64,000 bases of DNA from Gammaproteobacteria bacterium (lineage in GTDB: Bacteria; Pseudomonadota; Gammaproteobacteria; Steroidobacterales; Steroidobacteraceae), in assembly GCA_028293765.1 (NCBI GenBank), contig JAQGOG010000045.1, forward strand, positions 22,856-86,855. The letters are read 5' to 3'. The notes under the pieces were generated by a model. That model saw only the letters and a list, made by a program, of their open reading frames with translations. It was not told the DNA's origin and did not search any database. Within the stretch, counting starts at the first letter, position 1, and each line of letters opens with the position of its first letter. A program made the translations under genes and the position numbers. Shown one piece after another: positions 1 to 7,931 of this stretch.

Positions 1-537
1 CTGGCGATTCCGCTCGCCGTCAACGTATCACCAACGCAACTGTGCGTGGAGAGGCCGGTCGATATGATCCAGGATTGCCTCGCGCGGCATCGCATCCCAC
101 CCGAATTGCTCGAAATAGAACTGACCGAATCCGCGAGTCTCGGCGACATGCGTGCCGCCAGCGCTCTGACAGAACTCGCGCGGCTCGGAGTCAAGCTGGC
201 CGTCGATGACTTCGGCACCGGGTATTCGAACCTGAACCTGCTCGGCAGACTTCCGCTCTCGACGGTCAAGATAGACCAGTCGTTCGTAAGCGATATCGAG
301 AACGCGAAGGACGCTGCGATCGTACACGCCATCATTGGGCTCGCGCATACCCTGGGCATGAGGGTCGTCGCGGAGGGCGTGGAGACCCGCAGGCAGGCGA
401 GCGTGCTGATCATGGCTCGCTGCGACGACTTTCAGGGATATCTGATTGCGAAGCCGCTCGAGCCCACCGCGTTCGTGGCCTGGGCGAAAGAAACAGGTTG
501 CGCCCGCCCCTCCCGTGGCGGTGGCGCACCTGCCTGA
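1..537 (+). CDS. EAL-domain c-di-GMP phosphodiesterase, C-terminal part (5' end lies outside the window)
   Basis: Frame 1 is open from nt 1 (LAIPLAVNVSPTQL...). EAL-domain motifs are present: EIELTES, DDFGTGYSNLNLL, KIDQSFV. Stop TGA at 535-537. Confidence 0.85.
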   Translation: MAIPLAVNVSPTQLCVERPVDMIQDCLARHRIPPELLEIELTESASLGDMRAASALTELARLGVKLAVDDFGTGYSNLNLLGRLPLSTVKIDQSFVSDIENAKDAAIVHAIIGLAHTLGMRVVAEGVETRRQASVLIMARCDDFQGYLIAKPLEPTAFVAWAKETGCARPSRGGGAPA

Positions 538-556
538 GGCCCTTTACTGCAAACTG

Positions 557-1696
557 TTACTTTGGACGAGGATCGCGCAGCTCGCCATCCGGCTCGCGTC
601 GACCCTGACGAAGCATGTCGATCTCGTTGGCAAGTGCCCGGGCGGCGTTGCGCACCTCCTCCTGAAACGGGAGGTCCTCATCGAGCGCTTCGTGGCTCTT
701 CGCGTACGGGCCGTAGTAACCCACATATCGATCCAACGCGGCGGCATGTCCCGCCTGCAGGAGCCGCATGTCCGTAAGCCAGTCGACGAGCGATCGTCGC
801 AGTGTCTCGACACCAGCGGCATCCCCATGCACCACCACCGCGAAGGCGCGGCCCTCGAGGTGGCGGGGATACTCCCATCCGGCAAGCTCGAGCTTCTTGG
901 CTAGTCGCGGATCCTTGCCGTGCGTCGTCGTCGGGTCGGGATTACCCCCGTCAGCACACACGAGTCTGTCCATGAGGAGCTTCAGCGCACTGGGTGACTG
1001 GTACCAGTAAACCGGCGTGACGATGAGGATACCGTGAGCCGCCACGAACCGCGGATACAACTCGTTCATCCAGTCGTGCACCTGCCCCAGGCTGTGGTTG
1101 GGATAACACGAGCACGGCCAATGACACAGCGGCATCGCCGTCGACACACAGGCCTTGCAGGGCAAAATCCGGCGTCCGTACTGCGCCGAAAGATGGCTCA
1201 GATCGAGTACATCGACCTCGATCTTGCGAGCCTCGAGGACCTCGCGTGCCAGCCTCAACAGCCGCATCGACTTCGGCATCTCCCCCGGGCAGGTCTGATC
1301 GTTCCGTGCCGCGCCCGAGATGAGCAACACCCGTGATGGACTGGCGGCATCGCGCTGACGCCGCGCGGCTGACTCGATCGCGGCCCGCGTTGCGAGCCAT
1401 TCGACAGACAGGTCCTGGTCGGGATCGGCGAATTCCGCTCCGGCTTTACGCGTCCGTGGACTCTTGCGCGCGTTCTCGTAACCGTCCCACGCGACGGCGC
1501 TCAGTTTGTCAATCTCTGCCTGCAATGGCTCGAATGCCGGATCGTAGAACTGCTCTCGGAAACGGCGCGCGAACTCCTGGCGCGTGAGATGGGTATCTTC
1601 CTGCCCCTTGCGCACTTCCGGTACGGCAGCCGTTGGGCCTGTCTGGACCATGAAGAACTCCGGCATACGGACGGCGTGGTACCCGTATCTCGGCAA
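557..1696 (-). CDS. Flavodoxin-fold NAD(P)H-dependent FMN reductase / iron-sulfur-flavoprotein-like oxidoreductase with a long N-terminal extension
   Basis: 379-aa ORF. The C-terminal two thirds resemble the FMN reductase fold (VLLISGAARND..., ILIVTPVYWYQSPSALK). It carries a compact Cys cluster, CKAC-x9-C-x3-C-x-C. The start is ambiguous: TTG at 1696 has GAGGGA 7 nt upstream, and in-frame ATGs lie 10 and 15 codons further in. Confidence 0.65.
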   Translation of the reverse strand: MPRYGYHAVRMPEFFMVQTGPTAAVPEVRKGQEDTHLTRQEFARRFREQFYDPAFEPLQAEIDKLSAVAWDGYENARKSPRTRKAGAEFADPDQDLSVEWLATRAAIESAARRQRDAASPSRVLLISGAARNDQTCPGEMPKSMRLLRLAREVLEARKIEVDVLDLSHLSAQYGRRILPCKACVSTAMPLCHWPCSCYPNHSLGQVHDWMNELYPRFVAAHGILIVTPVYWYQSPSALKLLMDRLVCADGGNPDPTTTHGKDPRLAKKLELAGWEYPRHLEGRAFAVVVHGDAAGVETLRRSLVDWLTDMRLLQAGHAAALDRYVGYYGPYAKSHEALDEDLPFQEEVRNAARALANEIDMLRQGRREPDGELRDPRPK

Positions 1697-1722
1697 GATT
1701 CGTTCCCTCGAGCTGCCAACGC

Positions 1723-2166
1723 TCAGCTCACGACGAGCAGGTAGCGTACGAAGTCATCGACCGGCGCGAACGTATCGTAGAGCCGCCGCGCAGTCACATT
1801 GCTGCCACGCGTGTGCCAGTACAGCTGCGGCCACCCATTCGAGCGAGCCAGGTCCACCAGATCCTGCAGCAGCAGCCGCCCTATACCGGCACCGCGCACG
1901 GTCGCATCGACGAACAGATCTTCGAGATAACACACCTGCGCTGCCGCCCACGTGCTGTCGTGGAGCACCGAATTCGAGAATCCGACCACCCGCCCCTCGC
2001 GTTCGGCGACCCTCCCTATGATGGGAGCCGCGGGATCCAGGATTCGCCGCCACGTCAGTTGGGTGACGCTCTCCGGGACGGTTGCCTCGTAAAATGCGTT
2101 GTAGCCCCCCCAGAGCTCGCGCCAGCCGGGTTCATCCGCGCTCGTAACCGCCCTCACGGTGACCAT
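1723..2166 (-). CDS. GNAT family N-acetyltransferase
   Basis: The internal ATG at 2166 gives a 147-aa protein, MVTVRAVTSADEPGW..., with the acetyl-CoA motif VRGAGIGRLLL. The longer 242-aa ORF start overlaps the neighbouring gene and its extra residues are Arg/Gly-rich, typical of a high-GC artefact. Confidence 0.8.
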   Translation of the reverse strand: MVTVRAVTSADEPGWRELWGGYNAFYEATVPESVTQLTWRRILDPAAPIIGRVAEREGRVVGFSNSVLHDSTWAAAQVCYLEDLFVDATVRGAGIGRLLLQDLVDLARSNGWPQLYWHTRGSNVTARRLYDTFAPVDDFVRYLLVVS

Positions 2167-2225
2167 TGGCAAGCTCCTGTGCGGCCGGACCTTTACCGGC
2201 CAGACGTATGATAGAGCTTTAGAGC

Positions 2226-3566
2226 TCAGGGCGAGGACGAGAGAGGTGTCACGCGCCAGATCGTGTTGCCGACATCGTCTGCTACCAGCAAGGCACCCGT
2301 CCGGTCGACGGCGACGCCGACGGGCCGCCCCAGCGCGTGACCATCCGCACTGACGAAGCCCGTCAGAATGTCCTCCGGCGGACCTGCCGGGCTGCCATTC
2401 GCAAACGGCACGAAGATGACCTTGTAGCCGGTGCGGGGCTTGCGGTTCCACGAGCCATGCTGCCCGACAAAGGCACCGCCGGAATAGCGCGTCGGAAAGA
2501 GTTTCCCCTCATAGAACGTCAGGCCCAGCGACGCCGTATGGGATCCCAACGCGTAATCGGGAATGATCGCCTGCGCGACGAGTGCGTCGTTTTGCGGCTT
2601 GACGCGTTTGTCGACGTGCCGTCCGTAGTAGCTGAAGGGCCAGCCATAGAAACCGCCGTCGCGGACCGAAGTCATGTAATCGGGGACGAGATCGTTGCCG
2701 AGCTCATCGCGCTCGTTCACCGCCGTCCACAACGCGCCGGATTGGGGATTCCAGCCCATGCCGTTGGGGTTGCGCAGGCCAGTCGCAAAGACTCGCGAGC
2801 TCCCGCTCGCCGGGTCGATTTCGACGATCCGGGCACGGCCCTCCTCCGCGGGCAAACCATTTTCGGCGGCGTTGCTGTTGGAACCGACCGTCACGTACAA
2901 ATGGGTGCCGTCCCGGCTCGCAATGACGTTCTTGGTCCAGTGGTGATTGATGGAGCCCGCGGGCAGGTCGGCCACTTTCGACCCAGGACCTGCGAGCTGC
3001 GTAGCGCCCTCGTGGTAGTCGAACCGCACCAGGGAATCGGTGTTGGCAACGTATAAATTCCGACCGACGAGCACCATGCCATAGGGAGAGCTCAATCCCT
3101 GCAGAAACACGCTGCGAGTAGTCGCCAGTCCGCCGCCATTCGCGGCACGCAGGAGCGTTATGCGGTTGGGGCTCGGGACGGCGCTGCCCGCCCGCGCCAT
3201 GACTTTTTTCTGCACCCAGCCGCGGATGCCTTTGCTGTCGTCCGGTCGCTCCGGCCCATTGGTCTCCGCAACCAGCACGTCACCGTTCGGCAGTACGTAA
3301 AGCCACCGCGGGTGCTCGAGTCCCGTCGCATAAGCGCTGACTGCAAACCCGTGAGCGGCGACCGGCGCACCGCCGGGGGGCCAGCCCTTCGCCGGAGCAA
3401 TGTTCAGCGTCGGGATCAGATAGTGGCTCGGCTCGGGCAACGGCACACTCGCACCCGGGCCAGTCTGCTCCGGCATTTTCGAATTACCCGCGCAGGCCAC
3501 GAGTCCGATCACTGCCGCGGCAGCCGCAAGCAGTGGCGCAATACCGAAAACATGAAAAAACTTCAT
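2226..3566 (-). CDS. PQQ-dependent sugar (sorbosone/glucose) dehydrogenase family protein, lipoprotein-type signal
   Basis: 446 aa. The N-terminus MKFFHVFGIAPLLAAAAAVIGLVAC has a lipobox. The beta-propeller family signature PRWLYVLPNGDVLVAETN and the C-terminal GRPVGVAVDRTGALLVADD are present. Confidence 0.8.
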   Translation of the reverse strand: MKFFHVFGIAPLLAAAAAVIGLVACAGNSKMPEQTGPGASVPLPEPSHYLIPTLNIAPAKGWPPGGAPVAAHGFAVSAYATGLEHPRWLYVLPNGDVLVAETNGPERPDDSKGIRGWVQKKVMARAGSAVPSPNRITLLRAANGGGLATTRSVFLQGLSSPYGMVLVGRNLYVANTDSLVRFDYHEGATQLAGPGSKVADLPAGSINHHWTKNVIASRDGTHLYVTVGSNSNAAENGLPAEEGRARIVEIDPASGSSRVFATGLRNPNGMGWNPQSGALWTAVNERDELGNDLVPDYMTSVRDGGFYGWPFSYYGRHVDKRVKPQNDALVAQAIIPDYALGSHTASLGLTFYEGKLFPTRYSGGAFVGQHGSWNRKPRTGYKVIFVPFANGSPAGPPEDILTGFVSADGHALGRPVGVAVDRTGALLVADDVGNTIWRVTPLSSSP

Positions 3567-3638
3567 ACGGCTCCATGCGAATCGATGCGCTCGCGGCGGG
3601 TCCGGAGCAGCCGTGCTCCGCGGCAGCAGTTGGTGGGC

Positions 3639-4154
3639 TCAGGATTTCCCGACCTTCGCGTTCAGCGCATCGGCCATCTTCTTGTGTTCCTTCAGCGTCG
3701 GGAGGGTCTTCTTCGCGAAGGCCGACAGGTCCGGATCAGACGACTGCGTTTCCTTGGTGAACAGCGAGATGGCCTTGTTGTGGTCGGCGACCATGTGCTT
3801 GGCGTATGCCGCATCGAAGCTCGCGCCCGAGCGCAGCTTCAAGGCGTCGATCATGGCGCGATGCCTGGTATCGAGTTTTTCCGGCACTTTCAGATTCTTG
3901 CTCTGCGCCAGCGTGGCGAGCTCCGCATTTGCCTTGGTGTGATCCTGCACCATGCGGGCAGCGAATGTCTTCACGTCCTGCGAAGCAGCCTTCTCCGCGG
4001 CGACGTTGCCCATTTCAACTTCAGCCATGCCGTCCTGCGCAGCCTGCTTCACGAAGCTGGCGTCCGTGAGCCCCTTATCCGCACCCATGGCCACGCCGCC
4101 GCTCACGCATAACGCGGCCACCGCAACCCACAACCTGCCTGTCGGAATTCGCAT
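3639..4154 (-). CDS. Secreted DUF4142 domain protein
   Basis: 171 aa with a signal peptide. It shows the two-repeat helical pattern FVKQAAQDGMAEVEMGNVAAEKA...FAARMVQDHTKA and FDAAYAKHMVADHNKA typical of DUF4142. Confidence 0.8.
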   Translation of the reverse strand: MRIPTGRLWVAVAALCVSGGVAMGADKGLTDASFVKQAAQDGMAEVEMGNVAAEKAASQDVKTFAARMVQDHTKANAELATLAQSKNLKVPEKLDTRHRAMIDALKLRSGASFDAAYAKHMVADHNKAISLFTKETQSSDPDLSAFAKKTLPTLKEHKKMADALNAKVGKS

Positions 4155-4279
4155 AGATCCTCCACTTCAACATTGTTTGAAAGGAACGGTGTTGAGTTGG
4201 AGGAAGCAAGCGGTGTGCCGCCAGTCCGCCGTGACCACGAGCGTGCGCCGGAACTCAAGGAGAAGAGGTCGTACTTGCC

Positions 4280-4304
4280 GGAACGACAGTCGTGACCAGA
4301 CGTT
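4280..4304 (+). promoter_or_regulatory. ECF-sigma-type promoter candidate (GGAAC-N16-CGTT) for the downstream small basic protein gene
   Basis: GGAAC at 4280-4284, an exact 16-nt spacer, then CGTT at 4301-4304. The motif ends 33 nt before ATG 4338. RBS AGGAGGG lies at 4328-4334. Confidence 0.4.
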
Positions 4305-4337
4305 GCATGAGTATTTCACCGGACATCAGGAGGGCTC

Positions 4338-4571
4338 ATGGCAGCCAGGAAATACGGCCGCAAGGCGGCGAAGAAGGTCTCACGGGCGATGCATGAGCGC
4401 AAAAGCGGCACGCTGCGCAGCGGTCGCTCCGGCCGCAAGGTCAAGAGCCGCAAACAGGCCATTGCGATCGGACTCTCCGAAGCACGCCAGGCGGGCGCCA
4501 AGGTGCCGCGCAAACGCAAGAGCGCCCGCAAGAAGAAAAGCGGCCGGCGCGTGTCGAAGCAGAAGTCCTAG
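4338..4571 (+). CDS. Small Lys/Arg-rich protein, DUF6496-like
   Basis: 77 aa with a strong RBS. The conserved core SRKQAIAIGLSEARQAGAKVP matches my recollection of the DUF6496 family. Confidence 0.7.
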   Translation: MAARKYGRKAAKKVSRAMHERKSGTLRSGRSGRKVKSRKQAIAIGLSEARQAGAKVPRKRKSARKKKSGRRVSKQKS

Positions 4572-4575
4572 TGGT

Positions 4576-5730
4576 CTAGACCGGCAGGGACGCCGGTTTG
4601 CCCGCGACCAGTCGCAGCAGAGTGATTTCGGACGGCGCTCCGAACCTATTGGGCGGACCCCAGTAACCGGTGCCGCGACTGATATAGACCCAGAGGTGAT
4701 TCAGCCTATGCAGTCCAGCCGTGAACGGCTGCTGGAACCGCACGAATAGATTCCAGGGCCAGAACTGGCCGCCGTGGGTGTGTCCCGACAGCTGCAGATC
4801 GAAGCCGGCGGTCGCGGCCGCAGTGGCAGAGCGCGGTTGGTGAGCGAGCAGTATCTTTGCGGCGTCGCGCGGCGCCCCAGATAAGGCGGCGGCGGGATCG
4901 CTCCGCTGCGCCGGATTGAAGTGATGCGCACTGTAGTCCGTGACGCCGGCGACCACGAGCGGTGTTCCAAGATGGCTCACCACGACGTGCTCATTGAGAA
5001 GCACACGTAAACCCAGCCGTCTGAACTCCGCCGTCCAGGCGCGTTCACCGGAGTAGTACTCATGGTTTCCCGTCACCAGGAAAGCGCCATGGCGCGCGCG
5101 CAACCGTCCGAGAGGCGCGATGTGACGCGCGAGCTCCTGCACCGAGCCGTCCACCAGGTCGCCCGTCACGGCGATGAGATCTGCCTTGAGGCCGTTTACC
5201 GCATCGACGATAGCGTCGACGTACTTTCGCTTGATGGTGGAACCGACGTGCACGTCACTGATCTGGGCGATGGAAAATCCATGGAGCGCCAGTGGCAAAT
5301 TCGCCAGTGGCACATCGACGTTGACGATGCGGGCACGGCGGCGCGCGCCCGCAAAGCCTACGGCAGTCACGAATGCCGCTATCCCCACCACCAACAGCGC
5401 CGACGTGGACTCCAGGAGGTGTACATGCCGGGCCGGCAACGCGACAATAGCCACCAGCAAGGCCAGATCGCGCAGCAAGGTGAACACGAAGAGAGACGAG
5501 AACAGGCTCACCGCGAACAGCCCTGCAGCCGCCACGCGATCCGCCAATGACCTGTGCTGAATGGAACGGGCCAGCAGTCCCGCCAGCATCAGCGCATAAG
5601 AGACGAGCAGCAGCAGCGAGCCCCCGATCCGGACCTCGAGACCCGTTGCCAGGTCGGGCAATAGGCGCGCGCCGATATAAGCGTGCAAAAGACCCAATAT
5701 GGTCAGGGGCACGAAACGGCGGAGTGGCAT
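4576..5730 (-). CDS. Membrane-anchored metallophosphoesterase (YkuE/YaeI-like)
   Basis: N-terminal TM helices are followed by calcineurin-like motifs: ISDVHVG, VTGDLVDG, GNHEYY, GHTHGGQ. I prefer the start ATG 5730 (MPLRRF...) over 5799, but this is not certain. Confidence 0.8.
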   Translation of the reverse strand: MPLRRFVPLTILGLLHAYIGARLLPDLATGLEVRIGGSLLLLVSYALMLAGLLARSIQHRSLADRVAAAGLFAVSLFSSLFVFTLLRDLALLVAIVALPARHVHLLESTSALLVVGIAAFVTAVGFAGARRRARIVNVDVPLANLPLALHGFSIAQISDVHVGSTIKRKYVDAIVDAVNGLKADLIAVTGDLVDGSVQELARHIAPLGRLRARHGAFLVTGNHEYYSGERAWTAEFRRLGLRVLLNEHVVVSHLGTPLVVAGVTDYSAHHFNPAQRSDPAAALSGAPRDAAKILLAHQPRSATAAATAGFDLQLSGHTHGGQFWPWNLFVRFQQPFTAGLHRLNHLWVYISRGTGYWGPPNRFGAPSEITLLRLVAGKPASLPV

Positions 5731-5854
5731 TCGGCGATATCCGGTGAGAGTGCAGCGAGATTCAGGAGCGAAATGGCCGATTTCTATATGGGACCGCATT
5801 CGCGGGCTTCAACTGGGGTTTGCCCCAGGCGAGGCCGCATTCGGGCCAGCGCCG

Positions 5855-7267
5855 ATGTCTAGCCCGGTTATCTCACAACCGGGGCACCCGCCGCATGCCG
5901 ACGGCGTGCCCGTACCGCGACGCTACTGGGCCATCGCGGCGATCATTCTGGCGATCACGATGTCCGTGCTCGACAGCACCATCGTGAATGTCGCCCTGCC
6001 CTCCATGGCGCGCGATTTCCGGGTCACCGACGCGACATCCATCTGGGTCATCAACTCCTATCAGATCGCCATCCTGGCAGCGCTGCTGCCGCTCGCCTCC
6101 CTCGGGGAAATCGTGGGTTACAGGCGAGTGTCGCAATGTGGGCTGGCGATCTTCACGGCGGCGTCCCTCGCTTGTGCTCTGGCACCGACGCTCACCTTCC
6201 TCAGCATCGCCCGTGTCATCCAGGGCCTGGGCGCCGCTGGAATCATGAGTGTGAATTCCGCGCTCGTGCGCTTCACCTATCCGCACCACATGCTCGGACG
6301 CGCGATCGGAATCAACGCCTTCGCGGTAGCAGTTGCCGCGACCATTGGTCCGACGATCGCCTCGGCGATCCTGGCCATCGCCCACTGGCGCTGGCTGTTT
6401 GCCGTCAACGTGCCAATCGGGCTGTTCACCATCGGCCTCGCAGTTTACGCTTGGCCGGACACCGAGCGTTCGCCGCGACGTTTCAACTTTGTCGGGGTGG
6501 TGCTCCACGCGGGAGCATTCGGTCTGCTCATCAGCGGACTGCAGTCCCTGGCGCAGGACGCGGCGATTACGCTGGGGTTGGCGCAAATCGCGGGCGGCTG
6601 CGCTCTCGGGACAATACTGGTCCGCCACGAGATCGAGCGCGACGCGCCGCTGCTGCCGTTCGACTTGCTCCGCATCCGGCTGTTCTCCTTATCGGTCGCA
6701 ACATCCATCTGCTCGTTCATGGCGCAGACGGTGGCGCTCGTCTCATTACCCTTCGAGATTCAACGCGTCGGACATACGGCCGCCGAGACCGGACTGTTGA
6801 TGACGCCGTGGCCCCTCGGGGTAGCTCTGGCGGCACCTCTTGCGGGGCGCCTTGCCGACCGCTATCCCGCGGGCATTCTCGGCAGTGTCGGACTCCTCGC
6901 CATGGCATCGGGCCTGACATCCCTGGTGTTTTTCCCACACGCAGGCTCTTACGCGGATCTGATCTGGCGCATGGCTCTTTGCGGGTTGGGATTCGGCTTC
7001 TTTCAGTCACCCAACAACCGGACTCTGATCTCCGCAGCGCCACGTGCACGCACCGGCGCCGCCGGCGGCATGCTCGCCACTGCGCGCCTGCTGGGCCAGA
7101 CGCTCGGCGCCGCCGGCGTCGCGATCTTGTTTCGTGCATTCCCGGGCAAAGGTTCGAACATCGCGTTGGGCGTGGCCGCCGGAATCGCGCTTGCAGCTGC
7201 GGCAGTCAGCGTGACGCGACTCGCAGGAAATGCGGGAGGACGAGCCACACTACCGCGCACCGAGTAA
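5855..7267 (+). CDS. MFS transporter, DHA2 (EmrB/QacA-like) family
   Basis: About 470 aa and polytopic. The motif LDSTIVNVALPSMARDF is typical of the 14-TMS drug:H+ antiporter family. The start is taken at ATG 5855 (MSSPVIS...), because the longer ORF start at 5699 overlaps the divergent gene. Confidence 0.8.
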   Translation: MSSPVISQPGHPPHADGVPVPRRYWAIAAIILAITMSVLDSTIVNVALPSMARDFRVTDATSIWVINSYQIAILAALLPLASLGEIVGYRRVSQCGLAIFTAASLACALAPTLTFLSIARVIQGLGAAGIMSVNSALVRFTYPHHMLGRAIGINAFAVAVAATIGPTIASAILAIAHWRWLFAVNVPIGLFTIGLAVYAWPDTERSPRRFNFVGVVLHAGAFGLLISGLQSLAQDAAITLGLAQIAGGCALGTILVRHEIERDAPLLPFDLLRIRLFSLSVATSICSFMAQTVALVSLPFEIQRVGHTAAETGLLMTPWPLGVALAAPLAGRLADRYPAGILGSVGLLAMASGLTSLVFFPHAGSYADLIWRMALCGLGFGFFQSPNNRTLISAAPRARTGAAGGMLATARLLGQTLGAAGVAILFRAFPGKGSNIALGVAAGIALAAAAVSVTRLAGNAGGRATLPRTE

Positions 7268-7316
7268 GGCTCGATGCGCGCAAGCTCGCACCGAAGGTGG
7301 ATCCACCGCGGAACAT

Positions 7317-7781
7317 TCAGTCGGAGTTGCTCTCGAACAGACGGCAGTAGAGGCAGTCGGCCTTGCTCGGACTATGGAACAGGAAGTTGAGAATCCACGG
7401 ACTCTCGTGCTGCGCGGCCGCGTGCTCCAGTCTTTGATTCCCCATATCGCGTTCAGCGACCTCGACCGCCCCGGCGGCGGCGATAATCTCATTCGCGCGC
7501 CTGGTCTCGATCGTGCCGCGTGGATGCACAGTGATCGTGGCAGCTCCACTCTCAACACGCCCAGCGAGCAGCTCCGCATTTTGTTCGTTTCCGAGCAGGG
7601 CGTGGAAGTACTGTATGATTTTGTCGTGCGGTGAATTCCCTGGTCCGCAACCTGCCCGCCCTAGTTCGCAGCAGGCCGTCAATTCGACGCGGTCGGTGGG
7701 AAACCCATCGCGGACGAGGCTGGCGCGCACGAGATCAGCGGCCCCGTGGTCGTTGAACACAGCGAGTAAGACAGCGCTCAT
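7317..7781 (-). CDS. Hypothetical small acidic protein (154 aa)
   Basis: ATG at 7781 is preceded by GGGGAAAG. The sequence MSAVLLAVFNDHGAADLVRASLVRDGFPTDRVEL... looks like a real protein, whereas the 362-aa extended ORF upstream is Arg-rich junk. I recognise no family. Confidence 0.5.
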   Translation of the reverse strand: MSAVLLAVFNDHGAADLVRASLVRDGFPTDRVELTACCELGRAGCGPGNSPHDKIIQYFHALLGNEQNAELLAGRVESGAATITVHPRGTIETRRANEIIAAAGAVEVAERDMGNQRLEHAAAQHESPWILNFLFHSPSKADCLYCRLFESNSD

Positions 7782-7931
7782 GTCTCTTTCCCCTTGCGAC
7801 GGCAATACGGGCAGCATCGCTCTGCGGTCTGGTTGGCATTCTACGCGCCGTGCGCCGGAAGGAAACAGTGGCGGGCGGAAGCTTGATCTTGACCGTAAGC
7901 TAGGGGCTCCGCGCCCTGTTCGGGTATTCAG

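Noticed and set aside
7296-7307. 12-nt perfect palindrome GGTGGATCCACC between the convergent MFS gene and the small ORF, considered as a terminator.
   Set aside because: A contiguous palindrome has no loop, and no U-tract is nearby. It is more likely a chance palindrome (it contains GGATCC) than a functional hairpin.
6136-7350. Very long alternative-frame and antisense ORFs throughout the window. Examples: 6136-7350 (+), 29151-30428 (+), 33251-34741 (+), 40309-41250 (-), 54737-56071 (+), 56047-57354 (+), 7900-8955 (-).
   Set aside because: They overlap genes with clear family motifs. Their translations are Arg/Gly/Pro/Ala-rich with no motifs. Such stop-free shadow frames are expected in high-GC DNA.
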